Assembly: GCA_003215695.1 (NCBI GenBank) | Contig: QCJZ01000002.1 | Coordinates: 18,074 to 82,073, forward strand | Length of the DNA stretch: 64,000 nt | Source of the DNA: Prochlorococcus sp. AG-409-J03 | Lineage (GTDB): Bacteria > Cyanobacteriota > Cyanobacteriia > PCC-6307 > Cyanobiaceae | Direction: 5' to 3' | In this document: in pieces, positions 19,076 through 29,595 of the stretch | Layout: each line of letters opens with the position of its first letter | Position numbering within the stretch: position 1 is the stretch's first letter | Translations under genes and position numbers: made by a program | Notes under the pieces: model-generated | The model's database searches: none | What the model was told of the DNA's origin: nothing | What the model saw: only the letters and a program-made list of their open reading frames with translations

Positions 19076-19558
19076 CTAATAATTTTCCCTTGATTTATAT
19101 TGGGTCTTAATCATATCAATGATAAAACATACTATAGCAATATTTATTGATATATCTGCTACATTGAAAATAGGAAAATTAATTGGAATTATCTCCAAGA
19201 AATCAAGAACATAACCTTTGAATAGTCTATCAATTCCATTGCCAACTGTCCCGCCTAAAAGATAGGCCAGTCCAATTGAATTCCAAAATGATTTTGGTGG
19301 TGAAATTAAGATAATAGAAATTAATAACAACGCTGCTAGAATACTTGTAATAGTAAGAATGTTTGTTGAATTACTAAAAAGACTAAACGCAGCGCCTTTG
19401 TTTTTTACTAAGTTTAAAGTTAATAGATTTGTAAATATAATTTTAGATCTTTCATAACCTAAAGTACTTAAAACTAAAAATTTGGTAAGTTGATCTAAAA
19501 AAATAATGTAAAATGAGCAAGCTATTATTTTCTTTTTTTTACTTTTTAGTAAATTCAT
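19076..19558 (-). CDS. lspA: Lipoprotein signal peptidase II
   Basis: DQLTK, NKGAAFS, GNGIDR, VLDF, FNVAD. Likely ATG 19558 overlaps the bioY stop (ATGA). Confidence 0.93.
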   Translation of the reverse strand: MNLLKSKKKKIIACSFYIIFLDQLTKFLVLSTLGYERSKIIFTNLLTLNLVKNKGAAFSLFSNSTNILTITSILAALLLISIILISPPKSFWNSIGLAYLLGGTVGNGIDRLFKGYVLDFLEIIPINFPIFNVADISINIAIVCFIIDMIKTQYKSRENY

Positions 19559-20127
19559 CTTAGTATTAATATACGTTTTAAAAATACCGATATTAGGCTT
19601 ATTGATATGCACAGCAATAATTGATTTGGTAAAGGTAGAAAAGAATTGATTAAAATAAGATCAAATAAATTATCTATCCATTTGAAAAATATTTTACCAA
19701 AAATTAGATAAATTATACCAATTATATGCATAATGCATATTGATAAGGTTGTATAAATTGAATAATTAATTAAATTTGCCTTTGAATATTTTTTTGTTAA
19801 AGAACCACATGTCCATGCTGCAGGAATGAATCCTAATAAGTATCCAAATTCATGGGTTAAAATATAACCAACACTACCACCTCCATGAAAAATCGGTAAA
19901 TAGAACAAACCTATAATCAGATAGGAAAGTGCTGAAATTGTTCCTACGTGGGGGCCGCAAATTAATGATGTCAAAAGTAGGCCCTGAATTTGCCAGTTGC
20001 TATTAAGAGGGATGATTGAGAGCGATAGGTCTACTTGAGGTAAAATTATAGATGACGGTATCATTGCGCATATTATGATCAACATTACGCCAGATACTGC
20101 TTTTAAACCACTATTAAATGTGTGCAA
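19555..20127 (-). CDS. bioY: Biotin transporter BioY
   Basis: YLIIGLFYLPIFHGGGS, FGYLLGFIPAAW. Confidence 0.88.
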   Translation of the reverse strand: MHTFNSGLKAVSGVMLIIICAMIPSSIILPQVDLSLSIIPLNSNWQIQGLLLTSLICGPHVGTISALSYLIIGLFYLPIFHGGGSVGYILTHEFGYLLGFIPAAWTCGSLTKKYSKANLINYSIYTTLSICIMHIIGIIYLIFGKIFFKWIDNLFDLILINSFLPLPNQLLLCISISLISVFLKRILILR

Positions 20128-20211
20128 AGATTTTAATTAGCAGTTCTCATACAGTATTATTTACAAATTGATTGATATGTCAATAAGATTATTTAGACCT
20201 ATAAAATATTA

Positions 20212-20427
20212 ATGAAGTTTTCAGTTGGAGAAAAAGTATCCTTACAGGTTCCTTTGCCATATCTGAGGACATCTGATTCTATCTCGATGTTGAGACCGCC
20301 TGATCTGGTCTCTCTTGATGAGATTGGCGTAATAATTGGTATAAGAACAGATGATTTAGTAGAGGTACAATTCAGAAGGGGAAATTTTTTGATACCTACA
20401 GAAAGACTACAGATTTTAGATAAATGA
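20212..20427 (+). CDS. sipA: NblS-interacting regulatory protein SipA (DUF3148)
   Basis: PYLRTSDSISMLRPPDL..FRRGNFLI matches the SipA pattern PYLKTAxPMPMLRPPD. Confidence 0.8.
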   Translation: MKFSVGEKVSLQVPLPYLRTSDSISMLRPPDLVSLDEIGVIIGIRTDDLVEVQFRRGNFLIPTERLQILDK

Positions 20428-20443
20428 TCATAAGAAAAATTGA

Positions 20444-21688
20444 CTATATAAGCCAGTGCGCTCTGATTTTTCGAATAACCTCTTTATTGCTGCATACACT
20501 TAGCGATGGGTTCTTTAAATATTTATTTGCAGCATCCTTGATTTCTTTACTAGTTACATTCTCCAGTCTTGATAGAACCTTTTGATCATGATCCTTAGTT
20601 AGTCCGATTCCTAGGAGATGGGCTTTATGCTCTGCTCTTTGACTAATACTCTGAAACGAATGGGCCAGTTGACCTCGATACTTTATCTTTACTAATTCTA
20701 ATTCTTCAGGAGAAATTTCAAAGTCAATAATTTTCCTCCAGCATTCTTTGAGTAAATCAAGAGTAAGGATCGCTTTCTCTTTAGTGGTAGATGCATGCAT
20801 TACAAATGGTATTTGACTCTCTCTAATCGGATGATACATTCCTGCTTCATAAACTACTCCATACTTCTCTCTGAGGACCTTAAATAATAAACTTGACATT
20901 CCGTAGCCTAAGTAACATGACAATAATCTAAGTAAAATGTCCGATTTATTATCATATCTAATTGTTGCTTTTCCTAAAATCAGAATAACCTGTTGTGTAT
21001 CTAATGAATTTGTATAAATACTGTTTGTGTGTTCATAGGGAATATTAATTTTATTATTTATATATATATTTTTTTTATTATAATGATTTTGACTAATCCC
21101 ATTAAATTCAATTGAATTTTCTATATAATTCTGAATATTAATGGGAAATTTTCCAGAGATTACTAGGACTTTTTTTCTATAAATTAATGATTTTGCTATT
21201 GGAATTATATGTTCTTTCTTTATTTTGTTTATATCTTCAATTGATCCAAGTGGATCATGGCCATAAGGTCCAATTCCGTATACGGCCTTTCTCCACCCAT
21301 CAAAAGCTTTCTGGTAATTACTCTCTTTTTGTCTTTTAATTGCTTTTATCGTTAGATCTTTTTCTAATTCAATCTGATCCATTTCTAGTATTGGCTTTGT
21401 AATCATCCAACCAAATAAAGGAATAAGTTTGGAAGCATCACTCTCGACGCATTTAAGACTTAAAAGAAGTCCATCTTCGTAAGTTTCACAGTTTAAATTT
21501 GCTCCAGAATTTTCTACTATTTCGGCAATTTGTTGATTATTGTATGGTCCACAGCCTCTAAGCATTGTTGAGCTTAAAAGTTGGTGAATCCCTTTCTTAT
21601 CTTTGGGATCATTTCTACTTCCATCTTCTATCCAAAGCTTTGCTGCCATTATATTTCTGCTATTAAGTTTGTCTAGAATTATATTCAT
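20444..21688 (-). CDS. M16 peptidase family protein, non-catalytic-type subunit
   Basis: GIHQLLSSTMLRG (no HxxEH), SSLLFKVLREKYGVVY. Confidence 0.88.
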   Translation of the reverse strand: MNIILDKLNSRNIMAAKLWIEDGSRNDPKDKKGIHQLLSSTMLRGCGPYNNQQIAEIVENSGANLNCETYEDGLLLSLKCVESDASKLIPLFGWMITKPILEMDQIELEKDLTIKAIKRQKESNYQKAFDGWRKAVYGIGPYGHDPLGSIEDINKIKKEHIIPIAKSLIYRKKVLVISGKFPINIQNYIENSIEFNGISQNHYNKKNIYINNKINIPYEHTNSIYTNSLDTQQVILILGKATIRYDNKSDILLRLLSCYLGYGMSSLLFKVLREKYGVVYEAGMYHPIRESQIPFVMHASTTKEKAILTLDLLKECWRKIIDFEISPEELELVKIKYRGQLAHSFQSISQRAEHKAHLLGIGLTKDHDQKVLSRLENVTSKEIKDAANKYLKNPSLSVCSNKEVIRKIRAHWLI

Positions 21689-21690
21689 AT

Positions 21691-22923
21691 TTATTTCTCA
21701 GGTTCAGCAATTAATGTAAATGCACTTTTTGGATTAAATAATGGAAATATTAATTTTTTTAAGCGTGATGTTGTCCAATATGAGATATCCTCTACTGATT
21801 GTAATATTGGTTGATGTCTTCCCCATAGACATTGATTACCTAATATTGAAGTGATTTGCGTACTCAATTCGAGACCAAAATAAATATTATTTATAACTAA
21901 CTTTTTTGCACGTTCTAAATCTTTGTCAGCAACTAAACCTTCAGCTAATTCTTTCAGAATGAAATTGATTTCACTTTCGGCAGTTTTAATATTCTCTTCT
22001 GGACAACTTACATCTAGGAGAATTAATCCACCCTCTTCAAGGATTTGTAAATCAATATCTATTGATTCGATAATACGCTTTTCTTCTCTTAATTTCTTAA
22101 CAATAAAACTATTTTTACCTTCGCATAACATTGTTGCAGCAATTTCTGCACCTAAAATTAAGATCTGCTCTTTGGCTGGAGGAAGTTTCCATGCTTTCAA
22201 TATTCTGCCTCCCTCAAGTCTGGGGATGGTTTCATTTTTATAACCTATATTAAAAGTAGTTTTTTTACTTTTAATTGTTTCTTCAGATATTGCTTTTAAT
22301 TCATTAAGTTTACTATTGTTAACGATCGAAAAGATTTCTTTAGGCAATTCTCCTGCGATACAGAGTGAGCAGTTTTTCCCTACATAGTGATTTTTGTGGA
22401 ATAATTTCATTTGCTCAGGGGTTATTTTTTTTATAGTCTTTTCATTGCCAAGTATTGGTTTAGAATATCTATGAGGTGTTAAACATTCTTTTAATAATTT
22501 CATATAAATAATTTCATCTGGCTGTTCAATACTCTGTGCAATTTCCTCTAAAACTACTTCTTTCTCCATTTCAAACGCGTCTGGTTCAATTTTAGGAAAC
22601 AATAGTAATTCTAATAACAATTTTAATCCTTCTTCTACTTTTTCTGGTGGTAATAGAACGTGATAATGAACATCGTCTAATCCAGTTGCGGCATTACTAC
22701 TTCCACCAAGAGATTCAATTCTTAAATCGAATTCACCCTCTTTAAGACTTTTACTACCTTTAAATATCATATGCTCTAGGAAATGTGCAATACCTTCTTC
22801 ATCTTTCATTTCATAAAGACTCCCTCCTTTGCACCAAAAATCTATACAAGTCAATGTTGATTGTTCTATATCCGCTACAACACATGTAGCACCATTAGGT
22901 AATGTCCAATGATTTACATTCAT
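21691..22923 (-). CDS. M16 zinc peptidase, catalytic subunit
   Basis: GIAHFLEHMIFKGS (HxxEH), EKEVVLEE. Confidence 0.92.
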   Translation of the reverse strand: MNVNHWTLPNGATCVVADIEQSTLTCIDFWCKGGSLYEMKDEEGIAHFLEHMIFKGSKSLKEGEFDLRIESLGGSSNAATGLDDVHYHVLLPPEKVEEGLKLLLELLLFPKIEPDAFEMEKEVVLEEIAQSIEQPDEIIYMKLLKECLTPHRYSKPILGNEKTIKKITPEQMKLFHKNHYVGKNCSLCIAGELPKEIFSIVNNSKLNELKAISEETIKSKKTTFNIGYKNETIPRLEGGRILKAWKLPPAKEQILILGAEIAATMLCEGKNSFIVKKLREEKRIIESIDIDLQILEEGGLILLDVSCPEENIKTAESEINFILKELAEGLVADKDLERAKKLVINNIYFGLELSTQITSILGNQCLWGRHQPILQSVEDISYWTTSRLKKLIFPLFNPKSAFTLIAEPEK

Positions 22924-23285
22924 TCTCTATATCTTAATGGATTCTAATTGTTTATGCATATACATATGCAAATAAGATTGATAAATTAAAAACCTATGGT
23001 TTTGGAAATTTTAAATTCATAAAATTCATTTTAAAATTTATATGATTTTAGATATATGATTATTTTATATTTGAATTGTGCTTTTTTAGATGTTTTGTTA
23101 TTAGAAACTTAATATTTTTTTTTTACTTAAAGATTGAACCTTTGTACATAATCACTTTTCTTTGCATAACTATCTCTTTTTTAGTTTTTTTTAGCCTTAA
23201 TAATCATATAATACTGTATAAGCACATTTATAAATAAACAGTTTTATGAATCTTCTCTTAAACCTTTTAGCCTGAGCTTTTTGTT

Positions 23286-24011
23286 TTGAAGACAGTTTTT
23301 TGCACTCAAAGAAAATCGAATCCTCTTTTGGTTGAGGCTTTCGAACTTATCAAAAATAAAATCAATTCGTTGACTGATGTTGAATATTTAAACGTTGATC
23401 CTAAGTCGTGTCAGATTTACAGCAAGATAAATCAGGAGGAACTATTGATTGGCAACGAGTTTTACCAAGCAAGAGGATTTAGAAAGATACATTTGGAAGT
23501 CGCAAAACTTGGGAAATCATTGGAAATCCTCCATTGTGTCTTTTTCCCTGATCCTTGCTATGAGCTCCCAATCTTTGGTACAGATTTGGTAGTTAATTCA
23601 AATAATATTTCCGCTGCCATTGTTGATTTATCCCCTGTTGGGAAACTTTTGCCTGATTTCCTAGTCTCTGAAATGCAATCATTACAAGTTCCTAAATTCC
23701 ATGAGCCTGGGAAGCTTCCGGAGTGGGGATTTATCTTTTCTCCTTATGTATGCTTTATTAGACCAGTTAATTATCTCGAAGAGAAATTATTTTTAAAAAT
23801 AATTGACCAATATTTGTCACTACTATTATCTTTATTAGTTAGAGTAGATCCTAATGAAATTGATTCTTTAGATGCAATGGTTAGACTTGATTATCAAAAA
23901 CGATATTGTTTAAATCAAAAACGTAATGAAAAAACAAGAGGTATTTTAACTAAATACTTTGGTTCATCTTGGGCAGAAGAATACATCAACAAAATCCTTT
24001 TTGAATGTTAA
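23286..24011 (+). CDS. pcyA: Phycocyanobilin:ferredoxin oxidoreductase
   Basis: GFRKIHLEVA, ILHCVFFPDP, LPIFGTDLV, SAAIVDLSP, QKRNEKTR. Confidence 0.93.
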   Translation: MKTVFCTQRKSNPLLVEAFELIKNKINSLTDVEYLNVDPKSCQIYSKINQEELLIGNEFYQARGFRKIHLEVAKLGKSLEILHCVFFPDPCYELPIFGTDLVVNSNNISAAIVDLSPVGKLLPDFLVSEMQSLQVPKFHEPGKLPEWGFIFSPYVCFIRPVNYLEEKLFLKIIDQYLSLLLSLLVRVDPNEIDSLDAMVRLDYQKRYCLNQKRNEKTRGILTKYFGSSWAEEYINKILFEC

Positions 24012-24922
24012 CTATGTTTAAATATCAGTCTATAAAATTCATATTAGCTATAGCTCTTACCCCTTTATGTTGTGGTTTAGTTAGTGGCTGTAGAAGTAAA
24101 GATTTAGAAGTAAATCCAATTATTAATAGTACAGAAGTAGTTGATAGAATTGATGGTGTAGCTGCTTTAGGCCAATTAAATCCTCTTGGCGAAGTAAGAC
24201 AATTAGCTGCTCCTACTAGTGGGAAGGGTGGCACCCCAAGACTATCTAAACTATTAATTCGTGAAGGCGACCCTATCGTTAAGAATCAAATTTTAGCTGT
24301 TTTTGATAATCGTCCTAAAATCGAAGCTAACTTGAAATCTGCGCAAGCGAATCTAAATATATTAATGAGTGAAATTAATATAAAAAAAAGGGAAATAAAT
24401 AGATATCAAGCTCTTGTAGATAAAGGTGCTGTGGCACTAATTGTTTTAGATAGGATGAAAGATGATTTATTTATTTCTGAGACCAGAATTTCAAAACTTA
24501 AATCTGCAATCGATGCAATAAAAGTTGATTTAGATCAAACACAATTAAAAAGCCCCATTGACGGGATAGTTCTGCAAATCTTGATTCGTGAAGGAGAGAG
24601 ACCAAAATCGTCAGGTGTAATGAATGTCGGCGCCAATCAATTAATGGAAGCGCTTATTGAGGTTTATGAATCCGATATAGATAGAGTTTATATGGGGCAA
24701 TCTGTTGAGTTGATTAGTGAGAATGGAGGATTTAACGGGTCATTAAGAGGACAAGTAAGTTTAATCAGTCCTCAAGTCAGGCAAAGAAGAGTGCTTTCAA
24801 CTGATCCAACTGGCGATGCTGATTCAAGAGTTATTGAGGTTAGAGTCAAGCTTGATAATCCATCAGCTGAAAAAGTTTCTCATCTCACTGGGATGAAAGT
24901 CATTGCTCGTTTTCAGCAGTAG
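24005..24922 (+). CDS. devB: HlyD-family membrane fusion protein DevB
   Basis: VAALGQLNP, SPIDGIVL, EVYESDI, DSRVIEVRV; first gene of devBCA. Confidence 0.85.
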   Translation: MLTMFKYQSIKFILAIALTPLCCGLVSGCRSKDLEVNPIINSTEVVDRIDGVAALGQLNPLGEVRQLAAPTSGKGGTPRLSKLLIREGDPIVKNQILAVFDNRPKIEANLKSAQANLNILMSEINIKKREINRYQALVDKGAVALIVLDRMKDDLFISETRISKLKSAIDAIKVDLDQTQLKSPIDGIVLQILIREGERPKSSGVMNVGANQLMEALIEVYESDIDRVYMGQSVELISENGGFNGSLRGQVSLISPQVRQRRVLSTDPTGDADSRVIEVRVKLDNPSAEKVSHLTGMKVIARFQQ

Positions 24923-26097
24923 TGGTAATAAATAATTTTCTAAAACAAAGGAAAATTCCTCTTGCTTGGCTTTTGCTGACGAGACAACCTTTGAGGATTT
25001 TGGTGGCTATCGCAGGGATTGCATTTGCTGGGATTTTGATGTTTATGCAATTAGGTTTTAGAGATGGTTTGTTTGACGCAAGTGTTACTGTTCATAAGTT
25101 ATTTGACGCAGATCTGGTCTTAATCAGTCCTCGCTCAAAAAGTTCAATAAGTATGAGTGGCTTTCCTCGTAGAAGATTAGTTCAAGCGATGGCACATAAG
25201 GACGTTATTGGAACAACAGCTGTTAATTGGAATTTTTTGCTTTGGCGAAACCCTGAAAACTTATCAACAAGATCTATTCTCGCTTTAGGCTTTGAGCCAA
25301 GTAAACCATTATTGATTGATTCTGATTTTGAAAGAAAGGCTAAAACTCTAAAAAATAAAAGAAGGGTTTTGTTTGATGATCTTTCCAGAGATGAGTTTGG
25401 GCCTATTTCTTCATGGTTTAAATCAGGGCGTTTAGTTGAAACAGAAGTCGCGGGTAAAAGAGTAAGGGTTTCTGGAATAGTTTCTTTAGGTCCTTCCTTT
25501 GGCGCAGATGGTAATTTAATAACTAGCAGTGAAACATACTTAGATTTATCTCCTGGTATACCTAAAGGAAGTATTGAAATTGGTTTAGTAAGATTAAGGA
25601 AGGGATCTGATGTTGAAAAAGTTGTTCGCTCTTTGAATTTGAGTTTGCCTAGCGATGTTACGGTTATGTCTCTGAAATCATTTATAGATTTTGAAAAGAA
25701 TTATTGGAAGAGTAGTACATCGATTGGATTTATTTTTACTTTGGGTGCTGCAATGGGATTTATTGTTGGTTGTGTAATTGTCTATCAGATTCTTTATAGT
25801 GATGTTAGTGATCATTTACCTGAATATGCAACCTTAATGGCTATGGGTTATAACTTAAGAAGCTTGCTAGGAGTGGTAGCTAGAGAAGGTTTTATTTTAT
25901 CAATTATGGGATATATTCCTGCATATGTTTCTGGACAAGTTTTATATGCGTTAGTTAGAGCATCGACCAAATTACCCGTAGAAATGAGTTTTAGCAGAGC
26001 ATCAATAATATTTTTCTTGATACTTTTTATGTGTATGGGATCAGCAATAGCAGCTATGAAAAAATTGGCAGATGCTGATCCTGCGGAGATTTTTTGA
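24922..26097 (+). CDS. devC: ABC transporter permease DevC
   Basis: LMFMQLGF, GPSFGADG, VYQILYSDVSDHLPEYATL, ADPAEIF. Confidence 0.92.
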   Translation: MVINNFLKQRKIPLAWLLLTRQPLRILVAIAGIAFAGILMFMQLGFRDGLFDASVTVHKLFDADLVLISPRSKSSISMSGFPRRRLVQAMAHKDVIGTTAVNWNFLLWRNPENLSTRSILALGFEPSKPLLIDSDFERKAKTLKNKRRVLFDDLSRDEFGPISSWFKSGRLVETEVAGKRVRVSGIVSLGPSFGADGNLITSSETYLDLSPGIPKGSIEIGLVRLRKGSDVEKVVRSLNLSLPSDVTVMSLKSFIDFEKNYWKSSTSIGFIFTLGAAMGFIVGCVIVYQILYSDVSDHLPEYATLMAMGYNLRSLLGVVAREGFILSIMGYIPAYVSGQVLYALVRASTKLPVEMSFSRASIIFFLILFMCMGSAIAAMKKLADADPAEIF

Positions 26098-26131
26098 TGA
26101 ATAAATCAAATATTTTAAATTCAAATAATTT

Positions 26132-26824
26132 ATGAAAAACATAAATAAAAAAACGTTAGAAATTACCTCTTTGAATCATTGGTATGGTTATGGAGAGATG
26201 AGAAGGCATGTTCTCCAATCTATTTCCATGGAAATTTCGTCTGGTGAGGTCGTTTTGCTCACGGGCCCTTCTGGATGTGGAAAAACTACTCTTTTGACTT
26301 TGATCGGAGCTCTTCGTAAAGTTCAAGATGGTGACCTTAAGGTGTTTGGTAGACAACTTTTTGGAGCTACTAGAAAAACAAGGCAGAATCTAAGGAAAAA
26401 TATTGGCATGATTTTTCAGGGGCATAATTTATTGAGATGTCTTACTGCTGAACAAAATGTCCAAATGGGTGCTGATCTTTTAAATGGATTTTCATACAAG
26501 GCTCGAAGGGCTCAGTCTAGAGAATGGCTTAGAGCTGTAGGGTTGGAAGATCACTTCTCTAAGCTTCCGCATGATTTATCAGGTGGTCAAAAACAGAGAG
26601 TTGCTATTGCCAGAGCTCTTGCTGCTAGACCAAAATTACTTTTAGCTGATGAACCAACATCAGCTTTAGATAGTTCAACTGGTAGAGAAATTGTTGATTT
26701 GTTAAAAAAACTAGCCATAGAACAATCCTGTTCAGTGTTGATGGTTACTCATGATCCCAGAATATTGGATGTAGCAGATCGTCTTTTGCGAATGGAAGAT
26801 GGCCAAATATTGCCCACTGTTTAG
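26132..26824 (+). CDS. devA: ABC transporter ATP-binding protein DevA
   Basis: GPSGCGKT, LSGGQKQR, LADEPT, VTHD. Confidence 0.92.
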   Translation: MKNINKKTLEITSLNHWYGYGEMRRHVLQSISMEISSGEVVLLTGPSGCGKTTLLTLIGALRKVQDGDLKVFGRQLFGATRKTRQNLRKNIGMIFQGHNLLRCLTAEQNVQMGADLLNGFSYKARRAQSREWLRAVGLEDHFSKLPHDLSGGQKQRVAIARALAARPKLLLADEPTSALDSSTGREIVDLLKKLAIEQSCSVLMVTHDPRILDVADRLLRMEDGQILPTV

Positions 26825-26859
26825 TAAATTAGTTATATATAAAATTTTTAGGCTTTGGT

Positions 26860-27015
26860 ATGTCCAAAAGAAGAAATCTTAAGAAAGAGAAGCAAGAGAG
26901 AAATCGCGCTTATGCGAGGAAATTTAAGAAACGTAAGCTTCGCAATGATGGAAGGGGGGAAGGTGCCGGTAATGGCGTTACCGGTACTGCAAATAATGGT
27001 GGAGCTGCTGATTAA
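26860..27015 (+). CDS. Small highly basic protein (not in ORF track)
   Basis: MSKRRNLKKEKQERNRAYARKFKKRKLRNDGRGEGAGNGVTGTANNGGAAD*, 51 aa, ATG start, GC-richer than its flanks. Confidence 0.75.
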   Translation: MSKRRNLKKEKQERNRAYARKFKKRKLRNDGRGEGAGNGVTGTANNGGAAD

Positions 27016-27114
27016 TAAATCGTTATTCAAATCAATAAATATTTATAAAATTTTATAAAATCCTTTAATTTAAAGTGTCTAATAAAAAAATTGATTTTAT
27101 TTATTTAATAAAGG

Positions 27115-28047
27115 ATGTTAATTAGCGTTGTTATACCCACTTACAACAGACTTCCGATACTAATAAAGTGTCTGAATGCATTAGAAAGTCAAATTTTGGA
27201 TGATGAAATTTATAATTTTGAAATCGTATTGGTAGATGATGGGTCAACAGATGGGACCGTTGGTTGGCTTCTGAAAAATATGGAGAATTATCCTCATCTA
27301 AGACTTTTTGAACAATCACATGGAGGCCCTGCTTTAGGAAGAAATCTTGGCGTAGAAAAGTCAAAAGGAGAATTAATTGTTTTTATAGATAGTGATCTAG
27401 TCGTTGATAGATTTTTCCTGATAAATCATATTAAATCCTTGTTAAGATCATGGGAAAAACTTGGTAATAGAAAATGTTTCACATATGGATCTGTTATAAA
27501 TACTTCTAATTTTGATAATCCAAATTCCGAATCTTTTAAATTTCAGGACTTGTCTTGGGCTTATTTCGCTACTGGAAATGTTGCTATTGATAAAAAACTA
27601 TTAGAAACATCAGGCCTTTTTGATCCCTCTTTTCGATTATATGGTTGGGAAGATTTGGAATTAGGAGAAAGATTAAAAAATATGGGAGTGAAACTTATCA
27701 AATGTCCCAATGCTGTTGGATATCATTGGCATCCAGCGTTAGATCTTAATCAAATTCCTCATTTAATTCAAATTGAAAAAGAGAGAGCCAAAATGGGCCT
27801 GGTCTTCTATCGTAAACACCCCAGTCTGAGAGTAAAATTTATAATTCAATACACATTTATTCATCGTTGTCTTTGGGAATTTTTAACTTTTGGTGGACTT
27901 ATTAATACAAAGACACTTAGACCTCTATTGGCTTTTCTAATCAAGAACGGTCAATCTGGTTTGGCTATGGAATTGCTAAGATTACCTCTTAATTTAATTG
28001 GAGTAAGACAAATTTTTAGAGAAGCATCATTAAATGGACTTAGGTGA
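27115..28047 (+). CDS. Glycosyltransferase family 2
   Basis: SVVIPTYNR, VDDGSTDGT, FIDSD, GWEDLELG. Confidence 0.92.
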   Translation: MLISVVIPTYNRLPILIKCLNALESQILDDEIYNFEIVLVDDGSTDGTVGWLLKNMENYPHLRLFEQSHGGPALGRNLGVEKSKGELIVFIDSDLVVDRFFLINHIKSLLRSWEKLGNRKCFTYGSVINTSNFDNPNSESFKFQDLSWAYFATGNVAIDKKLLETSGLFDPSFRLYGWEDLELGERLKNMGVKLIKCPNAVGYHWHPALDLNQIPHLIQIEKERAKMGLVFYRKHPSLRVKFIIQYTFIHRCLWEFLTFGGLINTKTLRPLLAFLIKNGQSGLAMELLRLPLNLIGVRQIFREASLNGLR

Positions 28048-28079
28048 ACCACAGTTTGTTAGATTAGTATCGAAAATTA

Positions 28080-28185
28080 AACCCGCACACCTGACTGTTT
28101 CGGGTGATATCTAAATTTTGATTCTTTAATCATTATTTAATTTATCCCTGTTGGGTGGAGGCGAACCCGGAACCCTCAAAAAAAC
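28080..28185 (+). promoter_or_regulatory. rpsB 5' leader (t44-like, S2 autoregulatory RNA)
   Basis: CCGCACACC..CGGGTG and GGGTGGAGGCGAACCCGG elements directly upstream of rpsB resemble the CACAC / UGGAGGC signatures of rpsB leaders. Confidence 0.6.
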
Positions 28186-28878
28186 ATGGCTGTAGTTTCT
28201 CTCTCGGAAATGATGGAAGCTGGTGCTCACTTTGGGCATCAGACAAGAAGATGGAATCCTAAGATGTCTCGCTACATCTATTCTGCTCGGAATGGGGTTC
28301 ATATTATTGACCTAGTTAAAACGGCTGTTTGTATGAACAGTGCTTATAAATGGACAAGAGGAGCAGCGAGAAGTGGCAAAAGATTCCTATTTGTTGGCAC
28401 TAAAAAACAAGCTTCAGAAGTCGTAGCGCAAGAAGCTACCAGGTGTGGGGCCTCCTACGTTAATCAAAGATGGTTAGGAGGGATGCTTACAAATTGGACA
28501 ACAATGAAAGCAAGAATTGATAGACTTAAAGATCTTGAAAGAATGGAATCGAGTGGTGCTATCGCTATGCGCCCAAAAAAGGAAGCGGCCGTACTACGTA
28601 GAGAACTAGAACGATTGCAAAAATACTTAGGCGGACTTAAAGGTATGAGACGTCTGCCTGATGTTGTCGTTTTAGTTGATCAAAGGCGAGAAACAAATGC
28701 TGTTTTAGAGGCCCGAAAACTTGATATTCCATTAGTATCAATGCTTGATACTAATTGCGATCCAGATCTTTGTGAAATCCCTATACCGTGTAATGATGAC
28801 GCAGTCCGATCCGTTCAACTGGTCTTGGGGAGATTGGCTGACGCTATAAACGAAGGGAGACATGGTCCCAATGATTAA
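28186..28878 (+). CDS. rpsB: 30S ribosomal protein S2
   Basis: [32 protein letters not shown]. Confidence 0.98.
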   Translation: MAVVSLSEMMEAGAHFGHQTRRWNPKMSRYIYSARNGVHIIDLVKTAVCMNSAYKWTRGAARSGKRFLFVGTKKQASEVVAQEATRCGASYVNQRWLGGMLTNWTTMKARIDRLKDLERMESSGAIAMRPKKEAAVLRRELERLQKYLGGLKGMRRLPDVVVLVDQRRETNAVLEARKLDIPLVSMLDTNCDPDLCEIPIPCNDDAVRSVQLVLGRLADAINEGRHGPND

Positions 28879-28938
28879 TTAGCATATTTATTTATAAATT
28901 CCTATTAACCTCTTTTTTCTCTCACTACCCAAATTAAA

Positions 28939-29595
28939 ATGTCGGAAATAACAGCAAAACTCGTTAAAGAACTGCGAGATAAGACATCTGCAGGAATGAT
29001 GGATTGTAAAAAAGCCCTAATTGAAAATAAGGGTGATATGGATAAGTCTATTGAGTGGTTAAGGCAAAAAGGTATCGCCAGTGCTGAAAAGAAATCGGGC
29101 AGAGTTGCTGCTGAGGGTGCTGTAGGAAGTTATATACATACAGGTTCTCGTGTAGGTGTACTTCTCGAATTGAATTGCGAGACTGATTTCGTTGCTAGAG
29201 GAGATTTATTTCAAGGCCTTTTGAGAGACCTGTCTATGCAAATTGCAGCTTGCCCGAATGTTGAGTATGTAAGTGTTGATGAAATTCCTGATAGAATTGC
29301 CAATAAAGAGAAAGAAATAGAGATGGGAAGAGATGACCTTTCAGGTAAACCTGATCAAATCAAAGCTAAAATTGTTGAAGGGAGAATAGGAAAGAGATTA
29401 AAAGAAATGGCTCTGCTAGAACAGCCATTTATAAAAGATAGTTCAATAAATGTTGAAGAGTTGGTAAAACAGGTTGCTGGTAAAATAGGAGAAAATATAA
29501 AAGTGCGTAGATTTACTAGATACACACTTGGAGAGGGGATCGAGGTTCAAGGACCTGATTTTGCAGAAGAGGTTGCTTCTATGACTTCAGGTTGA
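28939..29595 (+). CDS. tsf: Elongation factor Ts
   Basis: [29 protein letters not shown]. Confidence 0.98.
   Translation: MSEITAKLVKELRDKTSAGMMDCKKALIENKGDMDKSIEWLRQKGIASAEKKSGRVAAEGAVGSYIHTGSRVGVLLELNCETDFVARGDLFQGLLRDLSMQIAACPNVEYVSVDEIPDRIANKEKEIEMGRDDLSGKPDQIKAKIVEGRIGKRLKEMALLEQPFIKDSSINVEELVKQVAGKIGENIKVRRFTRYTLGEGIEVQGPDFAEEVASMTSG

Noticed and set aside
26848-27058. Track ORFs 26848..27030(-) and 26855..27058(+)
   Set aside because: Shadows of the ATG-initiated basic protein at 26860..27015.
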